In this document: positions 1-14,400 of the stretch, piece after piece
Position numbering within the stretch: position 1 is the stretch's first letter
How the letters are laid out: each line of letters opens with the position of its first letter
Assembly (NCBI GenBank): GCA_965178125.1
Contig: OZ237775.1
Span: 496,001-560,000, forward strand
Origin: Bilabrum cf. latius
Lineage: Eukaryota
Length of the DNA: 64,000 nt
Reading direction: 5' to 3'
The notes under the pieces: model-generated
What the model was told of the DNA's origin: nothing
What the model saw: only the letters and a program-made list of their open reading frames with translations
Database searches by the model: none
Made by a program: the position numbers and the translations under genes

Positions 1-3000
1 ACCTTCCATGGCCATGGGGGAGGGCCATGGCCATGGCGGTGCGCTCTGTGGCGATGGGCCGGGGACGGGGCAGGGGCAGGGGCTGGGACTGGCCAGCATG
101 GTCAGGGGCCCCGGCTTGGATGGCTGCAGCGATGACCCTGCACTGCAGGGGCTGGGTAAAGACGGGAGTGCGGACGACTCGCTGGCGATGGGGTGGTCAA
201 AGTGGGAGTCGGACGGGATCCGATGGCGCTGCGACTCTGGCACGGATGGAAATCGAAACGAGGCTGTGGTTTGGGCCCATGGGGCAGAGGCTGCTTTACC
301 CAAAGGATAGCACGGCATTGCTGGTGGTCTGAAGGGGCCGCAGTCCCCGGTTCCACTCCGCGTAATTGACGGATGGGATGGGGAGGATGCAGGCAGCGCC
401 ATTGGGTGGAGCACTGTGCAGCACGATGCCTTTCTCGCCCGCGGCTATGGCAATGTGTTTGCCTCCGCGGGACTCGACGATACGCTGCACCTGTGGGATG
501 CCAGGGCGAGCACTAAGCCGGTTGCAACTGCCGCGGGCGTGCACGGCGGTGAAGCCGTGGCGGTGGCCTGGTCGGCTCTGGACCCTGCCCTTGTAGCGAC
601 GGGGGGTTCTGACGGCGCCGTGCGGTTGTTCGACGTGCGGTGCATGGGAGCACATGCCGGCGGGAGTGGCAGCGGTGGTGGGAACATTGGTGTGACGAGT
701 GAGTGGGGCTTGGGTGCGATCCGGATGGCGGGCAAGCAGCCGCTGCTTGCGGAGCTGAGGTACCACTTGTCTGACGCACTCTGCGTGGAGTTTTCGTGCG
801 CCGCTAGCGGCGTGCTGCTGTCAGCAGGAGCTGATGGCGTCGTGGTGCAATGGGACCTTGCGCAAGGGGATGCAGCGCGAGCTGCTGTGGTCGGTAGGGG
901 CATGGCAACAGATGGGAATCGCATAGGTGTGGAGGACGAAGATCGGCTCGGGGCGGGCTGTGGCAGCGGTCGCGAAGACGGCACTTTTCCTGTAGGTTCC
1001 GCAGATGTGCAGCCCGGCATTGCACCGTCTGCTGGGGACAGGGAGACCTCCCGGCTGGCGGCAGCCCCGTCTTCATTCTCATCGTCATCGGCTCCAGTAC
1101 CGGCTCCAGCATCGGGGAAGGAAGCAGCAGCACTGCCAGTGTCATCAGCCAGCAGCGACCAAGCTGCAGAGCCGGAGATGGAGCCGCGGTGCCTGCTAGC
1201 TGGGGCTGCTAGGCACGCTGCTGTTCGTATCACGCTAGATGCGTGGCGCCAAGATCTCCCAAAGAAACCGAAGGTATAGGAAGGGGCTGTGGCAGTGCCG
1301 ACTCCTCCGGGTGGCGATGGGCCCGTCGAGCCAAGCCCTGCAGCCTAGGCTCAGTCTGCAAACCAAGCAGCGATGGATACAGATGGGGATTTGCCACCAA
1401 CCCGTAGCAGCTGGATCGGTGGCGGCACGGGTGTCCGGCTTGGCCGCGCAGCAGCTGGCGGGCCAGCCGAGGGCGTGAAAATCGAAAAGGTACAGAAGGG
1501 TAGCGGTGCAGATGATAGACGTGATGACGAGTGGGCCCACCCGGATCCCTGGCCCGCAAAGCTACCCGCAGAGGCACAGGTGGTGCACAGGGGCCACAGG
1601 TCCACCTCGCTGGTGGATCTGGTGCTGGCGCGAGATTCGGCCGACCCCTGGCTGGTGGCCACCATGTCAGATGACGGCAGCAATCCACGCATTCGGGGCG
1701 GTGCCACGCTGCAGCTGTGGAGGCCCAGTGACCTGGTGACTGGCCCCTCCAGAAGCCGCATCGCAGAGCTCGAGGCAAAGCTTGGGAGGGCTCGTGAGCG
1801 AGAAGCGGGGCGCTCTGGAAGCAACGGCCGCGGTGACCATGCAGCCCCGTCTGAATAGATGTAGGAGCCTAGCGCTGAGCAGTCGAAGGGTGTGGGCATG
1901 AGCAAGAGCACGGGGGGCAGCAAGGCCTCGCTGTGCTCCCTGTCTGGCAGCCAGACCAATCCGGCGTCGGCCAAGACAGGTAGGGCTGGTGTCGAATCCT
2001 CTGGGTCCTCCAGCAGTTGCAGCAAGCTCGTCGGACGACAGAGACGACGCCAGCGGCAGAAAACCGCTCGTGCGGACCAAGTTGACATGGTAGGCAGCGA
2101 CAGCGGAAGCGATGCCTGGAGCGATTCGGACAGCGACGGCAGCTCGAGCGAGATCGTGGAGGCTCTCGATGCTTCGAGCATCAGCGGCACTGCATCTGGG
2201 CTCGAACGGCTAGTGCGGCAGTGGGTCAAGAATCCAACCGGCAAAGCGAGTACTGTTGGCAAGGATCTACTAGCCGGAATACCCAGCGGAGTGGCCCGGG
2301 CTTTGGAGGCTGCAGGGGTGCTGCAGCAAGGACCCGAAGGGTACTGCCGACCAGCGGGCGACTCGTCCCACTCCACGGGTGCATTGTCGGAAGGCTCCTC
2401 CGATTCGCTAGTCCTCACGGACTCCGAGGGGGAGACCGGGCCCACGGCTGGCGCCGCTCGAGCGGCTGCGAAGCCGAGTAGCGGTAGCACGAGGGGCAGT
2501 GCAGTGCAGTCCAGCAGCGGTCCGAAGTCGAAACAGCCGCAGAAGGCCAAACAAGCGCGAAAGGCTCCAGTAGCCAAAGCAACTGGGAAACCAAAGGCTA
2601 AAAGCAAAGGCAAGATCGCGCCTCGATCCAATGGAGAGTCGAGCAAGCGACCGGCCAATGGAAAGCAGAGCAGGGTTTCATCCAGCAAGAGCAGAAAACC
2701 GAGCAGCGGTGCAATCAGCAAGCAACTCAAGTCGGTCAGTGCTGCTTCTGCAGACTCGCCGCGATCGCAAGGCACGGCCAAGTCATCCAGCAGCCCCCGT
2801 GCGAGCAGCAGGAGCAGAGCCAGTTCCGCTAGATCTACCAGCTCGGACACAGGCACCAAGGTGCACGCCAGCAGGTCTAGATCGAGGCAGGGCGCTGTGG
2901 CTGCTGCAGGCTCCGATCGCCAAGCATCGAAGCGTAGCCGCAGCAGCGGTCGTGCTGGGCCAACATCTGCTGGCACGGGCGCTGAGAAGATGGGCGTGAA

Positions 3001-3874
3001 GGGCATGTCAGCTGCTTCGGCAGCCGTGACTGCCTCGCCAAAGAAACCTCAAGCACAGCTATCGTCAGCCTCCTCGTCTTCTCCACGCACGTTTGCATCG
3101 TCCTTATCGTCGTCGGGATCTGCTGCCTCCCCACAGCCAGCATCTGTCGGCGGGAAGCCTCCCAAGGTTCCGGGGCGCACACAGGCTGCCGGTAGGTCCA
3201 AAGCAGCGTCTGCTGCAGTTGAAACGGTGGACCTGGTTGATGACAAACCGGAACCGCGCGCACCTGGAGAGCTCTCTCTCGATGGCTGGATAGTGCCAGC
3301 GGAACAACAGGCTGGCAAGAAGCGATCCAGAGCAGAGAGCCTAGCGTCAGCTGGTGAAACGCAGCAGCAAGGTTCTGAGTCAAGCTCGCCGTCCGGAGCC
3401 AAGGCGAAAAAGCAGCGCCTAGCCGAGGGTGTTATCCAGAGCTCTCCTGCTGGAAGCGCAAGGAGCGCGCCGGCTGGTAGTGTGTCTTCACAGTCTAGCC
3501 CGGGCTGGGCAAGGCAGGATGCCGCTTCGCCTGCAACTTTTGGCCATGGCAGGCGGGCTCGAAAGCTGTCAGCTCGAGCGGCAGAGACGTGGGACCCGCA
3601 GGCCCAGGGGATCGCGATGGCGCAGTCAAGCAGCGCGCGAGCTACTTCGGTTGAGAAAGCCGGTTCGAGCCCATGGGTGGAGGGCGTGAGAGAGTACGTC
3701 GTGATCGGAAGCAGTCCGCTTGGGGGAAGGAGGGGGCATACGGGCGGTGACATGGAAGGGCTGTTGGACCAGTCTGGGGGGGAAGCTGGGGACGCGGTAG
3801 GGGTAGTGGGTGCTGGAGGGATCGGCGGGGGCGGTGTGAAGGTGAGGCTCCGGGCAGTAAGGAAAGTTAAGTAA
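1..3874 (+). CDS. WD40-repeat histone chaperone (RBBP4/MSI family, MSI4-like) with long low-complexity C-terminal tail; 5' end lies outside the window
   Basis: ORFs 8..310, 416..1279, 1373..1858 and 1892..3874 share one frame and are joined only through TAG codons (308, 1277, 1346, 1856, 1862); true stop TAA 3872-3874. WD motifs FASAGLDDTLHLWD, VATGGSDGAVRLFD, LLSAGADGVVVQWD; MSI-like C-terminal blade HRGHR...DPWLVATMSDD...GGATLQLWR. Confidence 0.7.
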
Positions 3875-4251
3875 ACTAGGCTGGATGATATCCGGCATCC
3901 GGGAATGGGACCCTTGCGGATCCTAGGGATACATGAGCCCATTTCTGCCAAGGCGTTGGTCAATCCGCACACCTCACCCGATGCTCCAAGATCCAGACTA
4001 TCAGAAGTGGCAGCTTTGTGTGCCTTCATCCTCTAGGATCCGGATCCAGGATGGTTTGATCAAAAGAGAGTTGTACCAGTAGACTATCCGGATCCGGGAC
4101 AGCAGCCGAACATTAAAATGCAGCTTCACACAAAATCATATTGGATCGGGCAATTCTCGCTTAGCTCAAATATTTGATTGCCAAACATATAAAGGGCTTC
4201 CCACCAGCTTGAAGCCGCTCCTCCCGACCACAACGTCCTGATGACCACCGT

Positions 4252-6280
4252 TCACACTAACTTGAAGTCGCTTTCCTCGGACACCTCGCCCCTGCATGCC
4301 TTCTCCACGTCGTCCACGGTGCGGGGCACCTTGACGAAGTTCTCGATCCCGTCCTTTGTAATGAGCACATTATCCTCGAGGCGGACTCCCCCCATGCCCC
4401 GGAACCTGCTCTCCAGCACTTCCTTCACGATGAACTTGCCCTGCGTGGGGCTGGCCAGCGCCGCGTCCAGCAGAGGGTCGATGAAGTAGCACCCGGGTTC
4501 CACCGTGATCACGTTGCTCGCAGCCAGGATCCGGGCGGTCCGCACGCTCTTGTACCCCGACAGGGGGCTCCTTGGGGTGCACTCGTACTCCTCAGGCAGC
4601 GCGTCGTTCTTGTCGGCGGGCGCCTCCTTGCCCAGGGCTGCGTCCCTGGTGACCCGGCCCACCTTCCAATCAGGGTACCCGCCGCAGTCGTGGGTATCGA
4701 TGCCCAGGAAGTGGCCCAGTCCGTGAGGCATGAAGACCGCGCCCAGGTTGGCCTTCATCATGTCATCGACCTCTCCCGTCAGCAGACCCGCGGCCTTGAG
4801 TCCCGTGAGGATGCGGGTGTAAGCCAGCGACTGCATGTCGATCCACTTGCAGCCCTCCTTCATCTCCTTCTCAACGGACACCAGGGCGTCCAGGACCGCG
4901 CTGTAGACGACCTTCTGGTCGTCCGTGAAGGTCCCGCCCACAGGGAAGGTGGTGGTGATGTCGCTGGCGTAGCACTCCAGCTCGTTGCCGCAGTCGCACA
5001 GCACCATCTCGCCGTCCTTCATCTGCTTCGAGTTGGGGGCCCCGGCGTGGCCGTAGTGCAGCACGGCCGCGTTGGATCCGGAGCCGCAAATGTACGTGTA
5101 GGCCTGCTGGCGGGTGCCGCCTACGAACTGGCTCCAGAACTTGAAGATGGCCTCCAGCTGGAACTCGAACATGTCGGGCTTTGCGCCTCGCATCATGCAC
5201 AGGTGTCCGTCCGAAGACACGCGGATGTTGTGCCTCAGGAGCGCGATCTCCTTGGAGGTCTTGTGGGCGCGGCACTCGATCACCGCCTCGAACAGGCGGG
5301 GGGAGGCGTTGATCGCGGGGGCGGGGGTGGCTGTCCCCGAGGTGGGGACGGTGACCATGGGCTCTGCGGCCCCAGAGTCCGTCTGCACGCCCTCCATGCA
5401 CTGCAGTGCAGTGACCGCACCGCCAGCGGCCTCCTTGCGCGCAGCGAGGTACGCGGCCATCTCGTGCGTCCACTTGCACTCGTCGCAGCCGTACTGCTCC
5501 GCGATCTGGGCGGGAGTCTTGAGGGGGCCCATCCACACGGCGTGCTCGGCCGGCAGGTCGGGGGCGAAGATGATGCTCCTGCGAGGGGATAGCGTCATTG
5601 AAAACGGCAATTCAGCATGGTCTATATATTGACTTTTTGCAGCTGGGGCACATGCCACGGCACGAAACGGCAAAGTGGTGGGTGGTGGCCTTGTCGCGGG
5701 GATGCGATGCGACTCCAATTGGTCATGCCTGGAAGGTAGGAAGCCCTTGTGTACAAAACACCAGGTTACAATCTCACTTGCCATCATCCTGGATAACGCC
5801 GTAAAAGTCGGGCTCGTTGCACCCATAGAGCCAGTAGAAGCTGCTCTCCTGCCTGAAAATGGGCTCGTGATCGGAGCGGCCCCTGGACGGGTTCTTGCCT
5901 CCTTCGAACACGAACGTCGCGCCCTTGGCAACCCCCTCTTCTCCATAGCGAGCTTGAAGATACCCAAGAACGCGCTGGCGGTTCTCGGCGTGCATGGTAG
6001 GGTCGGGCTTGCGGAAGGTGCCAATGGCCGACTTCACAAGATCAAAACGCACGGCAGGGGCATGCGGTGCGCCCTCAATGGTAGGCCCCGGGGGCGTGGC
6101 TATTCCACCAGCTCCTGATACAACCGATCCAGATCCTGCGACGGCGGCCATAGCTCTAGTTCGAGTGTAAAGTGCCTGGAACACTGGATCGACGGCGCTT
6201 GGCGAATTCATGGAACCATAACGAAGGTTCCCTGTCCACGAAGAACGTTCCACGCAGCCAAACGGACCGAAATATTGCAT
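4252..6280 (-). CDS. PEPD: Xaa-Pro dipeptidase (prolidase, peptidase M24B)
   Basis: Exons 6280-5778 and 5578-4252 (GT-AG intron 5777-5579), stop TGA. Motifs FRQESSFYWLYG, YICGSG...LHY, YASDITTTFP, PHGLGHFLGIDTHD, TVEPGCYF, GGVRLEDNV. Start could be a downstream ATG. Confidence 0.92.
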
Positions 6281-6347
6281 TCGTGATAGTGGTGTTATCT
6301 GAGATTTAATTTAGCTAGACTATATACCTAAAGGACCAAATAGTCTG

Positions 6348-8297
6348 ATGGATGAGTTGGATGCTTTTGCAGGGGGCGGAATGGACATAAAGATGGGTCC
6401 GGGGGGGCTGGTGGGTGGCAGAGCTGCAACAGGACAGACAGGCGAAGATTGGCGAAACATTCCGGTCGTGGTTCGCACTTCTCTGGATCGAATCGCGCGA
6501 GCAGTGACAAAACTGCGATCCTCGATGAGAGATCGTCCTACGTTTGCCGAGATGGCCGACGCAACAACCGGAACTGCGAGCGCGACCGATTTGCAGGCCC
6601 TTGGCGCAGCGATGAGACAAGAAGCCGGACGTAGAGCAGAGGAGTTTGCAGCATCATAGAGACGATAGGAAGAGCGAATAACATTGCTCGAGAAGCGCCT
6701 GAAAGATGCGGAATCGTACGCGAGGGAGCAGCAGCAGGAAATCGCTCGTCTCCGCGAAGACCTTGCGACCAAGGCGGAAGGATCCGCGTTAGCAGATTTT
6801 GCGACGAGGGAAGAAGTAGCCGCGAAAGCAGACCGAGAATCCGTCCGAGTCGCCCTCCGCTCCAAGACGGACAGGGACCAGCTGGACGCGGCCATCCGGA
6901 CGAGGGCGAGCGCGGGGGACGTGGAGCACTTGCGGCAGGAGGTGGCGGGCAGGGCGGGCAAGGCCGAGACCGCGCAGGCACTGGCGGAATCGAGAGCCGC
7001 GCTGGAGCGAAGGTGTGACGAATGCGCGGCCGCGGCTCGGGAGGCTAGCGAGTTGGCTGTGGCTGCGGAGAGGCGGCTGCAGGCGGTTGCAACCAAGGAG
7101 GAGGTTGCAACCGCCCTGAGGAAGCGAGTAACCACGGCAGCGCTGGATTAGCGGGTGGCGCGTGCGGTTGCAACCGCTGCGGAGCACGCCGACCGCGTGG
7201 CGCGGCAGATCAAGGAAGAAGCCAGTGCCAGGGCCAGCCAGCTTGCGACCAAGGCAGAGCTGAAGAGGCAGCTGCAGCAAAAGTGCGACCACGCCTGGGT
7301 AGTGCGAGCTTTGGCTGATAAGTGTGACGTCAGTGCGGCTGCCGAGGCGCTTCGCAGGAAAGCAGACGCCGCCGACGTGGCAGGCATGCGCGCTTCGGTT
7401 GCGGAACTTCGATCGCGCGGCGCCTCAATTGGCGGGGGTGCGGCTGGGGCGGGCATGGGTTACATGGGTGGGGATTTCGGCGCGCAGGGGTATGGGTCTG
7501 GAGTAGGAAGCGGAGCGGGGACTGCGGGCGGCGGCGTGGGCGGGTGGGTGGAGGCCGCCGCCCGACTGGAAGCACACCTAGAGGGCAAGGCAGGCAAGGA
7601 GGAGGTGCAGGCGGCGCTGAGGGAGGCGGCGGGGGCGCGGGAGGAAGCGGCCAAGTCGGGTGACACTCTCCGATCGGAGCTGGACAGGCTGAGGCATGAA
7701 GGCAGGGCTGCAGAAGCGGCAGCGGCCAAGGCGGAAGAGGCCGCCACCAGCGGGTAGGAGGCCAGGGAACAAGCGGGGGCGGCGGCCGAGCTGGCGAAAC
7801 GGGCGGTGTCGGTGGTGGAGAGCGTTCCAAGGCCGCTTCTGGGCCGCTGGGTCTGGAAGAGCCGCACCTTGTCCGAGTCCAACCAGGTGCTGTGGGACCT
7901 GCAAGTGGCCAACACAGGCCCAGACAGGCTGCAGTGGAGGGCGCAGGCAGCCTCCATCGAGTGCGCGCAGGCGGGGCTGTACAGGGTGTGCGTGGCGGCG
8001 TTCGCCAGGCGGCCGCCCGCCCTGACAGTGACAGTGGACGGGTCACCGGCCGTGACTGTGGACCCCGCGGCGGCTGCACTGGCCGCAGCCAAGAGAGGAG
8101 GAGGCAGGGGAGCAGGTGCTGCTGGTGGTGGGGTGCCCGGGGCGGGGGCTGGGGTCGTGCTTCACAGGCACCCGGCAGGGTCGGTGGCGGGGCTAAGTTG
8201 CGTGTAGTTTTTGGCATTGCCACCGAAAGCGACGGTGGGCGTGCTGTACGACGGCGAGGAGCTTGGGCAGGCCTTTTTGGAACTGGAGAAAATCTGA
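6348..8297 (+). CDS. Conserved protist coiled-coil protein with C-terminal beta-rich (C1q/TNF-like) domain
   Basis: ORFs 6348, 6684, 7155 and 7806 are in one frame, joined by TAGs (6657, 6666, 7149, 7755, 8205); ends ...AFLELEKI-TGA 8295-8297. Repeated 'L.xKAD' heptads, then GRWVWKS...W..Q..NT.PD...GLY...HPAG motifs. Confidence 0.7.
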
Positions 8298-8405
8298 TAT
8301 TTGTTCCGTATCCGATACATTTAACACACGGATATGCGAGTCCCGCCATCCGGATTGCAACAATTCCCAACTTCGGGGTGCACGTCCAATTTGGTTGGCC
8401 GCTGC

Positions 8406-11400
8406 TCAATTCACCGGCACCACCCTGCTCTTCTTCCCTTTCTTGGAGGACCTGCGGCGAGACGAAGACGACCCCCTCTTCTTCTTGGGAGCCTTCTTGG
8501 CCGACTATGGTGCACCACTTGGTTCCGCCCCTGCAAGCTCATCCTCCTCCCCCTCCTCCTCGCTTGAACGAGACTTCCCTTTGCTCCGCCTGTGCCGCCC
8601 CCTGCCCCCGGAAGCATTTTCCCCCAGCAAGTCATCGGCCGGGCCGTATCCCTCGAGCCCCTGCAGCCCGTCCTCAGCAGCGGCCAGCAACAGGCCCTCG
8701 CCCCCAATTGCATCCGGCCCTGGCTCCTTGCCTTCAGGCTGGTCCTCCCCCTCCTTCTCCTTCTCACCCTCATTTTCCTTTTCCTTCTCCTTCTCCGCAC
8801 CGCCAGTCCCAGCACCGCTCCCACTCCCGTCCAGTGTCTCGCTCCCCAGCGCACCGCCTTCTGAACCGGCCACAGAGCTCCTGCCAGAGGTTGGAAACTA
8901 GGCTGGCAGGCCACGCCCCTTGTTCAAAACCAGCTCCAGCTGCGCTCGCTAAGCCAACGTCTGCGACAGCGACTTCCTCTTGAAACCGCGCTTGGACCAC
9001 TCATTGCACTTGAGCACGATGTCGTGGTACACTGCATACACCAGCAGCCCGCAGCTGGCGATCACGAGCGTGATGATGAAGCCCCCCGAGGCAGCCTCGC
9101 TCAGCGGCCGGTTGGCCTCATAGGCGTGTGCAAGCCCGATCAGCAGGATGAGCATCTGGATGGCATCGTTGCACACCTCGATCGTGTTGAACACGTCCTC
9201 AGCATACGGCCTCTTGTATAGGATGTTGGCCATGAAGATGCATACCCCGATTAGAGCCACGCTGAACTGCGAGACGATGTTGGTCACGAACGTTGACGCG
9301 CAAATGATGAGCAGGAACTCGGCTTGCTCCACCAGGGTGTGGTAGAATGCGTCCTCCTTGAAGTCCACCACAAAGGGCCACAGCAGGTGCGATGAGTCCA
9401 CCATCTGCTGCGACATGAGCAGGGAGTACCGCTGCCTGTCCTGCTCTGCGAATCTCTCCTCGTCCTCGGGGGAGAAGAGGTGCTCCTTGTCCTTGGCCCC
9501 GGCTTTGATCCTGTGCGAGATCATCTTGTGCATCACTGAGAAAGACTCCGTTGGCTTGAGCAGCTTGTTGTTGCTGGTGCCCCGCTGCGCCCGGATTCTG
9601 ACAGCGTCCCCGTAGCTCTTCTTGTACAGTGAGCCCGTCCTCAGGCCAAGAGCAGAGCCCACCTCCCTGGTCGTATCATCCAGCTCACTGGCGATCGACT
9701 GGTGGCTCACCCAAGATGATTGCTTGCCGACTCCTGCAACGCCCGTACCGGAACCAATACTGGCCCCCGACCCCCTTGGGTCCTTGCGGCCTGACTCCGC
9801 ACCAGCAGGGAGAGCGCCCGGCTGACTCGACCCATTACCAGCGTCATCGAAGGGGTCGCCCTCGGAATCCTCCGTTCTCACGGCCAGAGCCATTCCACCG
9901 AGGCCCGTCGAACCCACGCGGAGCATGTCTCGCTCGGAGTCTCCTGACGGCGGTCCCATGCGATGTTGCCGACCGCTCTGCGATCCACCAGCCGGGAGTT
10001 CGCTGACGTCAGAGCCTGGGGCCAGCTATACCCCGCCGTCATCGCCTTCTGTCGTGTAAGATTTATTCTCTTCGTTCCCCGCACCAGCCTCTGGTCGTGG
10101 AAAGGGCTGCTCCTTGCCCTCAGCTCCCTAGGTCCCATCAACATCGTCGTCGTAGTCCTGCGTATTGGACACGTGGGAATCGGTCCTGGACATGCCCCTC
10201 GTGTGTCCCACCGTTAGGAACTTGCCAGTGGTCATCTCTCGGTCATCCGGCGACTGGGACTGCCCGTCTGGGGTAGACTCATCTCCGGTCTAATCGATCG
10301 CGGGAGGACCGGTGGCCTTGGTGCCATTTGACAACGGGTCTGACTGCCCTTGTGCCCTGTGCGTGCCATCGCCATCGCCATCGCCATCGCTGCGCTTCTA
10401 TTCCTAGTGCCGGTCCGTCTCGCTCGATTGCCCCGAATCTGCGCCAGCTTCTTCACTATCCTCTGATTCTTGCTTGCTCTCGTGCTCTGCGTGGTCCTCT
10501 GTTCCGGCATCATGGTCCTGCCTGCTCTGCTCCTTCTCCCTGTCCACCTCAGGAATACTCTCTAGCATGGCAACGCTGGGGGCCCCGCCCGACTGAAGCA
10601 ACGACGGCTTGCCTCCGTCTCGCGGCTCGACGGGGAGGGCTGCCTCTGAGGCCGAGTCAGGGATGGGGCGGGCCTCCATGCCAGCACAGGCAGCTGGGCC
10701 TCCGCCCTTGTTGCCTTCAAACAGATCTCGCAGTGAATTTCGACCTTTTGCGCCTTGCTTGAACCCGCCAGTAGACAGGAGACCCTACGAGAGGCTGGGG
10801 GCCTTTTTGGCTGACTTGTCTGTCAATGGGTACGCACGATCCTTGACAACTCCACCGGAGCTAACCTCGGACACGATACTCCTCCTTGAAACCGCTTGGT
10901 GAACAAGCTCGATGTGGTTCTGCCTGGCCTGCCGCTTCACTTCCAGCAGCGTCTCTAGGTGGTTCTGCCTGGCCTTGACCAGCATGGTCATAATGCCGGC
11001 CGGTATGCCCAGCGCGTACACTATCAGCCCCACGATGGCCACCCACAGATACTAGAACCACTGGCGGTCGTAGCACAGCATTCCATAGTGCTGCTCCATG
11101 ACGTGCCTCCCGTCATCCAATTTGACGCACTTGAGCAGGGAGAGAGCTCGAGCCACCAGCACGGGGTAGCCCGCGATGGCCAGCCGGGTGAATCCAGAGG
11201 CAAAAGTGGCCCGAAGCATGGACATGTCCATCACCAGGATGCGAGCGAAGCCGCTGTAAGCCTGCGCCGCCGCGCTGACCTCCCAATTGCGGTAATGAAA
11301 CACCTGCCGCAACAGCATCATGACCCCGTAGATGGCGATGTAGCACACCAAAAAAATCGCGGGGAGGAATAGCCAAAGAGTGGCTCGCTCGTACAGACCC

Positions 11401-14400
11401 TCGGGGTAGTATCCCCTCAGTGAGCACTCAGGACTGAACGAGTCCAAGTTGAACGTGAACAGGGCCGCCGTGTCAAAGATGGGCCGGGCCGCCTTGGGCC
11501 ACGTAAACCAGAAATTGTTGAAGAGACCGAGGATCTGCAGCGTGTTGAGCATGAGCCCGAGGCCCGTGTACGTGCTCTTGCGGCTAGAAAAGTCGATCGA
11601 GGCGCAGCAGATCAGCAGCACGAAGCCGAACATGAGCACGGCCCGGAAGTGAGCCCCACCTGACGCGCCGCAGGGCCTGCACTCACCGTAGAACCGGTAG
11701 CTGCCCTCGTCGCAGTCGGCACAGTGCCTGCCTTCATATGAACCCAGGCACCTGGTCTGGTTCACCGCAGTCGATTCCCGCTCCACTCCGACGCACGCCT
11801 CCGCCGGCTTGCAGCCGACCATGAGACCGCCCTTGACCTCGCTCTCGATGGATCCTGGGAGAGGGAGAGGGGCCAGCGTGCCGCGGAAGCACTCGTCCAT
11901 GAAGCCGTTGTCTGCACTATCGTCAATGGATCCAAACAGGGCGGGGTCAGCCGCTAGAAGCTCGAAGAGGGTCTCATTCGAGTAGAAACCGCTGATGGAC
12001 GTATCCTCGTATGCGTGTCGGTTCACCTCTCTAGTCCGTCTAGCAGCCCGGGCCTGCATCGAAGCACCGCGCAGCCTCTGCATCGCTGCGTCTGCCTCTT
12101 GGCCCCTGGCTCCCAGGGCCGTCATGACGAGCCGCCGGGCCTCCGCTTCGTCGCTGAGATGGGATGCCTCGTCCTGGCTCAGAAACGGCTGCCTGCTATT
12201 TTCCCTCGTCCCTTGGCCGGCTCGCATCCCACCGCTTCGCACTGATCCACCGGGTACCAGCCTGGGAGCTAGCAGGGCAGCCCACGCAGCGCGAGTGCGG
12301 GTGGGGACAAGCGTGCTGGCGCCCTCACCGGACCCATCTGAGATAGTCGACTCGCCTGCAGAGCCCATCAGAACTCGGCGCGCCGCTTCAATGGTTGCCT
12401 CCGTCTGCCTGCCTCCGCTCGCCTGCCTCACCATCACAAAATCGCTGCAGCAATGCGCACCGAGAGGGCACGGCCTGCACTGCCCCCTTTCTTCCCCGAT
12501 CTGACCAGCGATCAGATCCAGCGTGCTGTCGTTCCGGCCCTGCTGCTCACTCGACAGATTTGCTGGCTCGTTGGCGCTCCCATCCGCTTCACTGCCATCC
12601 TCTGAGCCACTCTCACCGCCCCCAATAGCCAGGCGAGGATCTCCGTAGTAGCCCCCGGTGCACACGCACTGGTCCCTCGACACTGTGGCCTCGAAGAAAG
12701 CGAGCGCGTTCTCGCCGCAAGGGGTGCACGCCGTGTGGTTGGTGCCCGATGCATAGCTGTAGATGTCGCAGGGCAGGCAGGACCCCTGCCCGGGCCTGTC
12801 CTAGTAGTACCCCGGCGGGCACGGGATGCACTCGGCCTCGCCGTCCTCGGGGCTGTAGTACCCGGCGGGGCACACCGCGCACGGCGCGCCTCCAGAGGAG
12901 GCCTGTCCGCGCACGCACCTGTCGCAGCGGTACTGGATCGTGTCCTCGGACAGAGACACCCTCTCCCAGCCGTCCTCGCACGTGTGGTCCCCGTACTCTC
13001 TCGTCACGCCGCAGTCCAGCCCAGAGAAATCGTACGTGTCGACGACGCTAAAGCTGCCCGGATCCGCAGAATCTATCGCTGGGTCGGGTCCCATCTCGCT
13101 GACGTACACGACTCTCGAGCCTTGGTTGCAGTTGTCCAGCTGAAACGGGCCCAGCGGCTGCGTCCCCTGCGCCATGGAGAAGAACTGCGTCGAGTAGAAG
13201 GCGTCCACGAAGGCCTCCCGCGTGGTGGACGCGGACCGCTGCAGCGCCATGACGGCTGCCCTGCCCACCATCCACCCCTCCAGGGACTCGAACGTCTGCA
13301 GGGTGTTGCCCAATCCGTACGCGTCCTGGAGGTCCCGCTGGAATTCCTGCACGATTGGGTTGTTGGTGTCAGTCGGCACAGGCGCCACCTGGGTCATGTA
13401 GACGTTTCTGAGGTAGTCGTCCGGCGGCTGGTTGGTGATGTCATTCACAGCCTCGATCAAGGCGTCCCTGAAAGCGATGGATCCCGCGAACGATACAGCG
13501 ATGATGCGGAACCGGCTCAGGTCCAGACCCCGCACTGATCCGATCTTGAGGAGGGCGGAGAAAGCGGCGAGGGGACGGGCGGTGCCGAACATAACCACGG
13601 AATCGGGCAGCGTTTCCATCGAGAGGATGTCGAGGACGCCTTGATGCACGGCTGTGGTGCCCTTTGGGTAGTAACCCGCCGAGTGAAGCTCCATGCGGTG
13701 GTACCGCAGCGCCGCTCTCAGCCCGTTGTACCCCGCGGCTCCGAACCCGTCCGCCTGCCCAAAGAATGCCACCCGCTGGTGCCCGTTTGCCTTGAGATAC
13801 TTGACCATCGCCGCACACTCGTCAGCGTACGAGGCCCTGACGTTGATGATGCGGTTCTAATCCGTGGCTCTGAGGAACCCCGCCCCGGTGAGCGGCCCCA
13901 CGAAGGGGATCTGCCTCTCGTTGACCAGGTCGAACACTGCGCTGGCGGTGGGCGTGCCGGCGTACCCGATGAGGGCGAAGACTTGATGCGCGTCCATAAT
14001 ACTGAGCGTGTTGGCAATCGTGGTTGAGGGCTGGTAGGCGTCGTCGAAGGACAGAAGCCGGACCATCTTGCCGTTGACGCCGCCCAGGCGGTTCACCCCC
14101 TCAAAGGCAGCCCGGATGCCGTGCTCCAGCCCGCGGCCCAGCCCGGCCGTGTCACCAGAGAAGCTGGCGCTCTGCCCGAACACGATGGGCCTCAGAGCGG
14201 GCTGCAGGTAGTCGATGGACACGCCGCACGACTCGAAGAACAGATCGCGGTCCGGCTCCCTTTGGAAGTACGTGTCCCGCACCACGTCGCCGGCCTGGTT
14301 CAGGTACGGCCTGCTCTGCTGCACGGACAGGAGGTACACGGAGTGCATGCCCTGCGAGCAGTCGCACCCGATCACGCGGGAGCCGGTCGACACGGAGCAC

